Part shown: positions 1 to 10,794 of the stretch, in pieces | Layout: every line of letters begins with the position of its first letter | How positions within the stretch are numbered: position 1 is the first letter of the stretch | DNA from: Octopus sinensis | Taxonomy: Eukaryota | Direction of reading: 5' to 3' | DNA length: 64,000 nucleotides | Assembly: GCF_006345805.1 (NCBI RefSeq) | Contig: NC_043007.1 | Location: 44,578,001-44,642,000, forward strand | The notes under the pieces: generated by a model | Told to the model about the DNA's origin: nothing | Databases searched by the model: none | Seen by the model: the letters and a program-made list of their open reading frames with translations, nothing else | Made by a program: the position numbers and the translations under genes

Positions 1-1686
1 TCTGGAACTCTTCCATCAACATCATTGTTGGAATTGCCATCTTCCTTTTCTTTGGTTTCCTTCTCAAATTGCCGAATGTCATGAATGATCTTGTCAAGAT
101 TTTCTTCTTCCGTGATGATCTCTGGAGCAACAACAGCACCATCATCTATGGACAACCAGTTCTCAAATTGCTTTTTGGTCAATCCAGCAGGTGGTGAAGA
201 CAGGATCAAATTTTCATTAACATCTATGGCTTCATTTGATTCTTCGGCTGAAACAAAACCAGCTTTAGCCCAACAATGTTTGTCTGGCTAGAGACCTTCT
301 TCCAAGCTACATTTAACATATACATAGCATCCAAAATGGTGATCTGCTTTGCAACTTCTTGGACAAAATATCACATTCAGTGTCATTCATAACATCAACG
401 ATCTTCTTGAATATTTCATGTCTGAAGTAGGCTTTCAAGATCGTGATTATCCCCATGTCACAGGGCTGCAGCACTGACATTATGTTGGGACAAAGAAATT
501 TTAAAGTGATGTTCTTGAGATCATCGATGACTACATGAGAAGAGCAATTGCTAAGTAGGGCCACCACTTGTCTTTCAGATTTCTGCAAATGACCATCCCA
601 AGATCTGAGCCATCTTTCATAGATTTTTTTCTGTCATCTGAGCATTGGTTGAAAAGTCATACTGAATCTGATGCATTTTCACATTTTTGAAACATCTTGG
701 TGAACCAGTCTTTTCGATTAAGAGCAAGTCTTCTTTGTCTCCATTCATGTTGCAGGCCACCATCAAGGTCACATGGTCCTTTACCATCTTAAAGCCCCTC
801 ACAGTTTTCTTGCAACTCTCATTGACATATATATTCCCTGGTAATGCACTAAAGTAGATCCCAGTTTCATTGGCATTGTAGATATCCTGTGGCTAACACG
901 ATTTCAACAGAAGCTGCATGGTCGTCTCATGAAATTGATGGGCTCTGTCAATGCCAGCTTCAGCAGCATCACCTGCAATGTTCAGTCTCAACAGAGAAAA
1001 ATATGAACTAGTGAACTACAAAGCATACCTTTTAGAACTGTAAAAGAAATTCCATATCTTTTTTGCCAATGGTAAAACCAGCCTTTGGATGCCTTAAAGT
1101 CATGTCCTACAGCTTGAGCAATGGTGTTGGCTTTGTGCATTAGGATTGGGCTGTTGATGAGAATATTTCTCGAGTGAATAAATTGAAACCAATCATAGAG
1201 AGTATGGTCTAGCTGTTGGTGCTTTCTCTTTGATGAACAGCCATCATGTTCTTTGGCATGAAGGCCATCCTCATTCTTTAACGAATTCTGGAGCAGACCT
1301 CTTGAAATTCCCAAACTCTGTGCTGCATTCCACTGAGTTGTTTTCCCAAGAGCTTTGTAATGTTTTAACAATTAAATCTTTTCTGCCATGGATTTGTCCT
1401 GCCTCTCTCTTTTCATTTTGAACATTTTGAACAACTTGCGTGTGTGCGTGTCTGCCTCTCTGTGCAAATGATGAATGATGCATTTTTTTCGCCTACCTGT
1501 TAGTATTTAAGAGGGAAAAAAACCCACTTCATTCATTCACTGCCACTTGTTGACACTTTAGGAAGAAGCAGCAACAACTGGATTTTAGCGATGGTTTGGA
1601 TTTATTAAATGAGAGTTTTTATGTGTAAAAATTCCATCCCAACCTATTTTGGATACCCAGGTGGATTTATAAAGCAGGATCTACTG
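1..1686 (-). mobile_element. Degraded pogo/Tigger DNA transposon (transposase pseudogene plus 5' TIR)
   Basis: Broken ORFs give a CENP-B-type HTH (988-1371, ...FKASKGWFYHWQKRYGI), DIYNANETGIYF near 850-885, and DDE_1 pieces (617-802 VTLMVACNMNGDK; 313-588 LQPCDMGII). The terminus reads TA|CAGTAGATCCTGCTTTAT on the minus strand at 1686-1688. Confidence 0.85.
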
Positions 1687-1710
1687 TACATATATATATA
1701 TATGTATATA

Positions 1711-2023
1711 TGTGGAGTTGCAATGTCCCAGTGGTTAGGGCAGTGGACTCGTGGTCATAGGATCGCAGTTTCAATTCCCAGACCGGGCGTTGTGAGTGTA
1801 TATTGAGCAAAAACACCTAAAGCTCCATGATGCTCCGGCAGGTGGTGGTGGCGATCCCTGCTGTATTCTTTCGCCGCAACTCTCTCTCACTCTTCCTTCT
1901 GTAGGTCTGCTTGCTTAGCCAGTAGGGTGGTGTCATTTAAAGGTAAAAACGATGCGAAGCACATTGTGACCAGCGATGTGTAGCAACATCTGATAGCCTG
2001 GTCGGTCACGTGATCACATGATA
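1711..2023 (+). mobile_element. tRNA-derived SINE
   Basis: A-box-like TGGTTAGGGCAGTGG and B-box-like GTTTCAATTCC head followed by a non-tRNA body. Confidence 0.6.
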
Positions 2024-2025
2024 TC

Positions 2026-2812
2026 ATCATCATCATCATCATCATCATCGTTTAGCGTCCGCTTTCCATGCTAGCATGGGTTGGACGGGTCAACTGGGGT
2101 CTGTGAAGCTGGAAGGCTTCGTCAGGCCCAGTCAGATCTGGCAGTGTTTCTACGGCTGGATGCCCTTCCTAACGCCAACCACTCCGCGAGTGTAGTGGGT
2201 GTTTTTTAAGTGCCACCTGCACAGGTGCCAGACAGAGCTGGCGAACGGCCACGAACGGATGGTGCTTTTACGTGTCACCGGCATGGGGCCAGGCGATGCT
2301 GGCAACGGACACGAACGGATGGTGCTTTTACGTGCCACCGACACGGGGCCAGACAGAGCTGGCAAACGGCCACGAACGGACGGTGCTTTTACGTGCCACC
2401 GACACGGTTGCCAGACAGAGCTGGCAAATGGCCACGAGCGGACGGTGCTTTTACGTGTCACCGGCACGGGGGCCAGCCGAGGCTGGCAACGGACACGAAC
2501 GGATGGTGCTTTTACATGCCACCGACACGGGGCCAGACAGAGCTGGCAAACGGCCACGAATGGATGGTGCTTTTACGTGCCACCGACACGGGGCCAGACA
2601 GAGCTGGCAAACGGCCACGAACGGACGGTGCTTTTACGTGTCACCGGCACGGGGCCAGGCGAGGCTGGCAACGAACACGAACGGATGGTGCTTTTACGTG
2701 CCACCGACACGGGCCAGGCAGAGCTGGCAAACGGCCACGAGCGAATGGTGCTTTTACGTATCACCGGCACGGGTGCCAGACAAGGCTGACAGCGGACACG
2801 AACGGATGGGTC
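2026..2812 (-). mobile_element. 3' UTR/tail of GAT-tailed RTE LINE family with expanded internal minisatellite
   Basis: (CAT)n followed by cgtttagcgtccgctttccatgctagcatggg...ctggatgcccttcctaacgccaaccactc. The same end is attached to RTE ORF2 C-termini at 25.6, 29.9 and 51.7 kb. Confidence 0.8.
2208..2810. repeat. ~60-62 bp tandem repeat, 10 units, A/B higher-order pattern
   Basis: Units ccaccgacacggggccagacagagctggcaaacggcc... (A) and tcaccggcacggggccaggcgaggctggcaacggac... (B) occur in the order A B A A B A A B A B. Confidence 0.9.
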
Positions 2813-3194
2813 ACTTAACCCCTGCTTTCTGATATATGATTTGATTTTGATTATAGAATAATATATTTATATCTATGTACATATATGTATGTGTGTGTAT
2901 TTATATATGTGTGAGTGTGTGTGTTTGTACATACATATAGTATATATATATATATACATATACATCAGTCTTCCTTTCAAAATGGGAAAAAATGTTAAAA
3001 CTAATTAAATAATGAAACATATTCTTTTAGGTTTCAAATTTCAACATGGTGTTGCCCATGTATGGCCATAACCTATGACTGAAACAAATAAAAGTAAGGT
3101 TTACATGAAACACGTCACAGGGAATGTATTATTCTTTTATTCTTTTACATGTTTCAGTCATTGGACAGTAGCTATAGTAGAGCATCATCTTCTT

Positions 3195-3352
3195 TTCTTC
3201 TCTAGGCACAAGGCGTGAAATTTTGGGGAAGGGCGCCGGTCGATTAGATTGATCCCAGTATGCAACTTGTACTTAATTAACTGACCCCGAAAGGACAAAA
3301 GGTAAAGTCAACCTTGGCGGAATATGAACTCAGAATGTAAAGACAAACGAAA
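3195..3352 (-). mobile_element. SINE fragment (central domain cctttcatcctttcggggtcgataaattaagtacc type)
   Basis: Reverse complement of the SINE body also seen at 3366-3512 and 46455-46672. Confidence 0.6.
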
Positions 3353-3365
3353 TGGGGCATCATCT

Positions 3366-3512
3366 TTCCACCGAGGTTGACTTTGCCTTTCATCCTTTCG
3401 GGGTTGATAAATTAAGTACCAGTTACGCACTGGGGTTGATGTAATCGACTTAATCCCTTTGTCTGTCCTTGTTTGTCCCCTCTATGTTTAGCCCCTTGTG
3501 GGTAGTAAAGAA
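3366..3512 (+). mobile_element. 5'-truncated SINE of the same family, inverted relative to 3195-3352
   Basis: ccgaggttgactttgcctttcatcctttcggggttgataaattaagtaccag...cccttgtgggtagtaaagaaata. Confidence 0.7.
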
Positions 3513-3892
3513 ATATATATTTCCCAAATAGACACTAATCTAAATAGTTAGTTGTATGGATGTTGCTTAATTTCAATGATTGGTCAATAGCTGATGCGTC
3601 AACAGGATATTTTCATGTTTATAACGTCAAATATTGGGAATGTCTATTGTAGGAAATAGTGTTTAATATGTCCTTGACCTGTTAAAAGTGATTCAGCAAT
3701 TTTCTTTCTCATTCATTTTAACTGTGTCTTGTTTAAAACAGCAGAGAATGTGAATGAAGAAATAAGTAATTCAGTTATGAGCTGCTTTTGACAATGTTAT
3801 GGTAGAAAGAATCAGAATAGCTTCTCAAACTGCCACCATATACACTTCTCTGATTGGTCCATATATAACTGGTGACAGAATTACTGTACATT

Positions 3893-4213
3893 TAATCCTG
3901 TTGACACCAACATGCCTGAGATAACTTCTGGTTCTATGATACAAATTTCCTGTTAAAAGTAATCTAAATTATAAGTTTCCTTATAAATTAACAAGAAGTT
4001 TCCTTTAAAATTTCTTGTTAATTTATGTTTCAAATACCATTTTAGTGATGGTAAAATTATTTTATTAAATAAATACTTTATTTTAAAAATTAATTAAAAC
4101 AAAAGTAGTGTATTTTAACAGAAATATGAATTAATAATAGCAGATTTATTTTACCAAATTAATTCAAAACAAAGACAGTGTATTCCAGTAGAAATGTGGT
4201 AAGAAAAAGGTTA
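3893..4213. mobile_element. Possible decayed piggyBac-type MITE
   Basis: Ends tttaatcctgttgacacc ... aaaaggttaa resemble TTAA-flanked CCCT/AGGG termini, with an AT-rich, partly palindromic interior. Confidence 0.3.
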
Positions 4214-4734
4214 ATAATGTAAAAATTCACTCTGTAATACATGTCATAGTATGCAATTTATCCTATTCTCTACTAATTCTCTCATTTCGCCATCCTTTGT
4301 GGTACATTATTATCCTTTCTCTATCATCTGTTACCCATTCTGTCATTCCATAATAATACAACAATGTTTCAGAAATATTAGCACATTGAAATTTATAATC
4401 AAATACTATGATGATGAATAAACACAATTATTTTATAAATTCATTATATATTTTTCATTTCCATAAGTGATTTTCTCAGAGAAATTTCTTTATATTTTTT
4501 ATTCATATATCTTCCTATTTACAATTTGTGTTTCAAGGATTTTGTAATTTTGAACTATGAAATTTTTATGATTATTAAATTGATGAATTATTAGAAAAAT
4601 TAAGCAATAAAGTCCAATTATGTTCATAGTAAATCGTATGTTTATAATGTTAGATCACTTCGAACAATTATGAGACAGCAATTATATATTTTGATGAAAT
4701 AATTTAGGAGGAATGCTTATATTTAAACACTGAT

Positions 4735-4890
4735 AGTTGCAGGTGGATCTGTATGGTTAAGTATGCTTCTGAACAACATGGATTCAGGTTCAGTCCCATG
4801 GCATAGCACTTTGGTCAAGGGTCTTCTACTATAACCTTGGCCAACCAGGATTTGGATTTGGTAAACAGAAGCTGAAAGATAACAGTTGTG
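4735..4890 (+). mobile_element. CORE-type SINE 5' part
   Basis: ggttcagtcccatggcatagcactttggtcaagggtcttctactata matches the family core gcaccttgggcaagtgtcttctactatag. Confidence 0.55.
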
Positions 4891-4992
4891 TATGTGTGTG
4901 CATACACACATACATGCATACAAACATACTTTCATATGTATGTATGTATGTACGTACATGCATACATACACACACAAATATATATATATATA

Positions 4993-5420
4993 TCATCATC
5001 ATCGTTTAATGTCCGCTTTCCATGCTAGCATGTGTTGGATGATTTGACTGAGGTCTGGTGAACCAGATGGCTGCACCAGATCTGGCAGAGTTTCTACAGC
5101 TGGATGCCCTTCCTAACGCCAACCACTCCGAGTGTGTAGTGGGTGCTTTTATGTGCCACCGGCACGAGGGCCAGTCAGGCGGTACTGGCAATGGCCACAC
5201 TCAAATGGTGCTTTTTATGTGCCACCTGCACAGGAGCCAGTCTAGTGGCACTGGCAATGACCTCACTCAAATGTTTTTTCACATGCCACCAGCACAAGTG
5301 CTAGTAAGGCGACGCAAGTAACAATCATGCTCAAATGGTGTTTTTAACATGCCATCGGCACGGAGGCCAGCTTGTTGCTCTGGCTATGCTCACTCTTGTA
5401 TGGTACTCTTAGCACTCCAC
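4993..5420 (-). mobile_element. RTE LINE 3' end (subfamily with diverged internal units)
   Basis: (CAT)n tail, conserved ctggatgcccttcctaacgccaaccactcc box, and 4-5 diverged ~60 bp units. Confidence 0.75.
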
Positions 5421-5509
5421 TAACACGGATGCCATGTATGTTTGTATGTATGTAGGCAGGTAGGTAGGTATGTGCATGAGCATGTGTGTGATAGTGCTAC
5501 ATAAAATGT

Positions 5510-5672
5510 ACAAAGTTCACTCTGTAGAGTGGTTGGCATTAAGAAGGCATCAAGCTGTAGAAACCAAGCCAAAAACAGACTATGGAACCTAGTGTGGCCC
5601 TTGACCTTGCCAGTTCCTGTCAAACCATCCAACCCATACCAGCATGGAAAACTGATGTTAAATGTTGATGAT
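5510..5672 (+). mobile_element. Older RTE tail fragment, inverted relative to 4993-5420
   Basis: gagtggttggcattaagaaggcatcaagctgtagaaac...ccagcatggaaaactgatgttaaatgttgatgat. Confidence 0.6.
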
Positions 5673-7096
5673 TTCTTGGTTTATATTATTAATAGCACAG
5701 TGAAAGTCCATAACCCAATGGTTAGAGTGCTTAGTTCATGATTGTGAGTTTAATTTGTGTACTGAGTATTATGCTGTATCCTTCAGCAGCTGTTGAATTG
5801 GTTAGAAAGGCCAGCCAAATCTTTAAAACACATCTTGCAGAAAAGAAGTAAAAGAACATATTGGATAAGGAGGATGAGAAGCAGCAGCAACAGCAACAAC
5901 AACAATACAATATCTGATTTGATGGTCACAGCTAGAACACCTTTATTCATAGGCCTCCTGGAAGGGGACTGATCTGGAATTCAACAGTGACAGTAACAAC
6001 CTGAGCCAAGGAGAGAGCCTCTGTGCTGTTACTCGACCTGCTAGAAATAGCAGCCAAATTATTTCAAACTACATGCTAACATCTTAAAAAGACAAAAAAG
6101 GAACAATGCATTTGGCAATGTAGTCCTAGATATACAAAAACAGATGAGAGGGTCACAGATGGAATAAACACTCCACTTAGTTTTTCCTCTTCAGAGTATA
6201 ATGCAATACTTTCTATGATTATGTTCTATTTTTGTAGCCATCAACTTGGAAATATTCTAGAAAAGTAAAGTATAAATAACATTGATTTCACCAGCCTAGG
6301 AGGCTCTACAAAAATCTTGGGTACAGGATCCTTTCTGTTTGACTAAACCAATAAAACAATAGCAATAACATTTTCTGTTATTACACAATCTGTATATCAT
6401 ACCTATGGCTAGGCATACGAGTACAATGTACAGTCTATATAAACATACATACAGTGAGGTGTACTTTCACAAAAAGAGAATCACAATACTACCAGTTTTG
6501 TTGTGGCAGAAAAGGAAATATACTCTTCTGTTATAATCTGAGTCCTTTGTTATAGTCTGGACTCATAGACTATAACAATTACACTTTTTAAAATCAAATA
6601 TTAACTACGTTGAACTAGGCATTAATTTAATACTTGATAGATGGATAAAAGATTTAGGATATAATCCATTTTTTCTGCAGGATATATCCTTTTTATTGTA
6701 TATATCTTCAAGGCATTTATTTTAATACGATTCTAAGCATTTACATTTATGAAAGTTTAGAGAAAATAGAGTTCTTTGAAATTTTAGTATATTTATATAT
6801 GAAAAAAAAAAAGATATGTATGCTTCTTCCTTCAATCTGACTTTCTATCTGCCCTTCTCTCATCTCCAGTCCTACAGGACATTTTCATTTTCCTGTCTGT
6901 TATCCCATATAGATCTGTCTTGCAGCTGCACAGCCGTTTTTTGTTGTATATGTATATATTATTTTGTAGTGTTTGTTTTCGTCATTGTTCTGTATGTTTG
7001 TTAGCTATTCCCAGTGGCTTTTAACCACTGGCGCCTCCAAAGGTTAATACTATCAACATTAAAGGTGTGAAATTGTAATGATCTTTTGGATGTTGA

Positions 7097-7153
7097 CTGA
7101 TGAGGAATTAGCTACAAATGTTCTATTTGTTGTGCTTTTGTTAAATTTTGAAA
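7097..7153 (+). ncRNA. Partial hammerhead ribozyme motif (helix III replaced by microsatellite)
   Basis: CTGATGA ggaatt...aatttt GAAA is followed directly by (TA)n. Confidence 0.35.
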
Positions 7154-7189
<36 letters not shown>

Positions 7190-7195
7190 TGCATG

Positions 7196-7245
<50 letters not shown>

Positions 7246-7329
7246 TACATACATATATAGATATGTATATATATGCACATATATATATATATCTGTAAAT
7301 GTAATATGTGACAATTATTCGGTAGCCAT

Positions 7330-7390
7330 GATAAAACTCTGAGTTTCGGATACCAAGGTGGAAATCCACGCCGCCATTTCTTCAGTTATC
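7330..7390 (-). ncRNA. Minimal type-I hammerhead motif
   Basis: Minus strand: gataa CTGAAGA [31 nt] GAAA ctcagagt t ttatc. Helix I is 5 bp and helix III is the palindrome-like ACTCAGAGT; the base of helix II is poorly paired. Confidence 0.5.
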
Positions 7391-7468
7391 TGGCCATCAG
7401 AAAAAAAAACTATGAAAAATGCCTGTATATATATAATTTATTTAAAAGCAGCAGAAATATAGCAAAAG

Positions 7469-7506
7469 CTGTTACTCAGAGTTTCACGTTCCCATTCGTT
7501 GGACAG
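7469..7506 (-). ncRNA. Minimal type-I hammerhead motif, core altered
   Basis: Minus strand: ctgt CCAACGA atg-ggaa-cgt GAAA ctctgagt a acag. The same family has an intact CTGATGA core at 50264-50301. Confidence 0.55.
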
Positions 7507-8779
7507 TTTTGTTTAAATAGAACAGAAATAATGATATCATCAAAACTAGCTAAAGGATACACTTTTAGAAATGGATTTGTTTCATTGGTCCTTTCAATTA
7601 ACGGTCTTAAGCAAGCAATGAACAAAATAAACAAAATAAATGAATTAAATATAAATTCATCCTATTATAAAAATTGAGGAAAACCTTAAATCTAAGAGCA
7701 GATTCTAAATAAAGATCACATATATAATTATATATGACATACAATTCAATTAATATAATTGATACATTAATTCCGTAATTAATACATTAATTCTGTAAGG
7801 AAAGGAAAGAAAGAAATATAGGTGATTGATTATGTGTAACGAATGTACACAAAATAAAATTACGTATACATGTGTATACAAAAGTGTATATTAACATAAA
7901 TACACATATAAGATCACATATATAAATATATGAAATATGTACGTTATTACATGTCCACCATTAAAACAACCAGTTGCTCACACAGCCGGCATTTACTATT
8001 TCACTCACAGCAAGGGGAGTACAGGATGACAGTCAGCCAAAACTCGCTATGCTGTCTCTCTTCTTTCACCTTTTTTTGGGGTTAATAATCTTAATCTTTA
8101 GTTACAGCTTCTGATTCAAGCTACATAATAGGCAGAATTGTTGGATTAAGACAGTAGGGTGCTTTGAGGGAGATTTGGCTGTTATTTCTACCAGGTCTAG
8201 CTACCATGTAGAGGTCTGAATTTAATTTTCATTCACATATTTGCATTACAAAAATTTAACATAATCTTTTCCATAAATCAACTATCGTAAAAATTTTTGT
8301 ATGATGACATGTTCTATGTATGTGTGTGTACCTTAAAAGACGTCAATCATCATGACACACACCTTCACTCTATCTCTCTTTCTCACCCTCTTTCTCTCTC
8401 ACATACACATGTGCAAGCACACACACGCACACACATACGTTCATTTAATACATCTTCTTTCAATTTCTACTCTCTGCAAATAAAATTTTTTATGGATAAA
8501 ACTGCTTACAAAAATAGGGATTTCTATGTTCATAATTAAATCAATGTTTTAATGATTAGACAGAGGTCCAATAGAATAGCTCTCAGAAACAGACTACGTA
8601 CAAATTCGTTCTTCACAACTCCTGAAGCAGTTTTCTGTCAAGTGGGTGGGCGGGGGGCAGAAAATTTTCATAAAGTTGGAGGCTCCAATTGAAATAGGAG
8701 ACCCGAAATGATAAGGTTGAGAAATGCTGTTATAGATTATGCCTAACCGAAAACGATCACAGCCACATCATCCAAACAG

Positions 8780-8807
8780 ACCGGGTGAAACCGGGCTTAA
8801 CTGCTAG
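8780..8807 (+). mobile_element. Helitron 3' terminus (5' end not located)
   Basis: Hairpin-like ccgggtgaaaccggg followed by ctgCTAG|T. Confidence 0.5.
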
Positions 8808-8991
8808 TATATATATGTGTGTGTGTGTGTGTGTATCATATATTAACTAATAATAGCTTGATTTGGCACCATCTATGTATGCTTGTATAATGATCTTACA
8901 AAACTTTAAATGGCATGTTACAAAATATGTAACTGCTATCAAATGTGCTGAGTGTCACTTGCTTTCATTTGTCAACTCACCCATATATATA

Positions 8992-9366
8992 TCTTTATAT
9001 ATAAAAGTCAAGTTGTGTGTCTGTCTCCTACGATTTAGATTCCTAACTACCCCACATTTTGCGGTGCAGTTTAACCCAAACCGGGTATCTTATAGTCGTG
9101 ATTCATATCGCGCCCTTCTGGGTATTAGCGCACATCTACGATGAGTCTACGATTAAAAAAAAAATTACCATCATTTTTTTCCATTTTAATGCATTTTTTC
9201 GCTATTATATAACTCTCTAAAAATGTCTACAATGAGTCAACGATTTAAAAAAAATTTACCATAATTTTTTTTGCATTTTTTTGCTATTTTTTGGCTATAA
9301 CTCTCTAAAAATGCTTACATAGTTATTTCCCTTACAAACCCGAGCAACGCCGGACGATACTGCTAG
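8992..9366 (+). mobile_element. Non-autonomous Helitron, copy 1
   Basis: A|TCtttatatataaaag at the 5' end; subterminal hairpin cccgagcaacgccgg and CTAG|T at the 3' end; no TSD; inserted at A|T. Confidence 0.85.
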
Positions 9367-9620
9367 TACATATATATATATATATATATACAAAATAAGA
9401 AAATGGAGAAATACATCGAAATCAAATATCAATTACCAGATAATACTCAATCACATACTTTATTAAACCACCACATAAGAAACTATAAGGTTAAACATAA
9501 TGATGTAGAACATAACAGTGTACATAAAGGAGTGTACATAAAAGAGTAATGTTATACAATAAGTAGAATATGTATAAGAGAATGTAAATATAAGTACATA
9601 TAAATATAAATATAGACTAC

Positions 9621-9747
9621 ATCTTACAGCTGTTTCGGCCATGCAGATAAGTATGTCTCATTTTACTTATATTAGCCATTTATGGTAGGTCAATATGTAG
9701 TTATAAATGAGACATTTACAAAAATATCCTAAGGCCTCTTCGGAGAT
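9621..9747 (-). ncRNA. Hammerhead motif with long helix II insertion and U4C core
   Basis: Minus strand: atct CCGAAGA ggcc[~95 nt incl. atgtctcattt/aaatgagacat stem]ggcc GAAA cagctgt a agat. Helix III is the palindrome ACAGCTGT. Confidence 0.65.
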
Positions 9748-10232
9748 TACTTATACAGGTGTGGGTACATACCCATAATAAAACATATACATATACATAT
9801 GAGTGCATATACTCATACTCCTATACATATAAATATACATATACATAATGATATAAATAATATAAATTAATAAACATACATATGTTCCACATTCAATGTT
9901 ACAGTTTTTCAACTTAATATTGTGATAATTACAATGTAGAAAAACATACACATATTAATACCTAAATGCAGATATACAGAGTCAAGAGTACATTATATTA
10001 ATTCCTACTAATTTCCAAAATGTCATTGCGTGGCACTTTGGGTAGGTGTCTTTCACTATAGCCCCGAGCCGACCGGAGCTTTGTGATTGAATTCGGTAGG
10101 TGGAAGTTACTGCTGTGTGTGTATGTGTGCGTATAGCTGCTCAGTGCCTCTCCGAAAGAGAGAGAGGGTTAGCATCATTATCTTTGTCATTACCACTAAT
10201 GCTATCAATATCATCCTTCATATTATTATTAA

Positions 10233-10627
10233 CTAGCAGTATCGCCCGGCGTTGCTCGGGTTTGTAAGGGAAATAATTATATAAGCATTTTTAGAGATGT
10301 AAAGTATAATAGCCATCTCAATATGGCTAACCACAAAGGGGGAGGGGTGTTACTGTAGCTTTTTACGTTCTGAGATTTAATAATAAATTTTAGAGAGTTA
10401 CTTCCCTTATATATGTCAAAAATGGATTAAAAATGGGAAAAATTGATGGTAAATTTTTTTTTAAATCGTAGACTCATCATAGACGCGCGCTAATACCCAG
10501 ACGGTCTCGATATGAATCACGACTATAAGATACCCGGTTTTGGTTAAACTGCACCGCAAAATGTGGGAGTAGTTAGGAATCTAAATCGTAGGAGACAGAC
10601 ACACAACCTCACTTTTATATATAAAGA
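10233..10627 (-). mobile_element. Non-autonomous Helitron, copy 2 (alternative internal segment)
   Basis: Reverse complement of copy 1 with intact TC...CTAG ends. 10297-10387 is a different segment, flanked by ttttagag on both sides. Confidence 0.85.
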
Positions 10628-10794
10628 TTTCCTCTATTTACATAATATTGAGGTCTCTTTCTTTCTTTTGTTATCTTACTGTTTTTACCAATATACATAT
10701 ATATATATATATATATATAAATATATATAGTTACAGAGATGTACTTGCATAGCAAGTGACTTCATCTGAGATCGTGTGCTGGAACGAAAACAGT

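Noticed and set aside
1711-1790. tRNA gene
   Set aside because: A/B boxes are present but no complete cloverleaf, and the sequence continues into a SINE body; the same applies to the heads at 45385, 45637, 46672 and 57348.
2150-2832. Overlapping 135-202 aa ORFs on both strands; CRISPR-like look
   Set aside because: These are translations of a ~61 bp tandem repeat in a LINE 3' UTR. The units have no unique spacers, there are no cas genes, and the context is eukaryotic.
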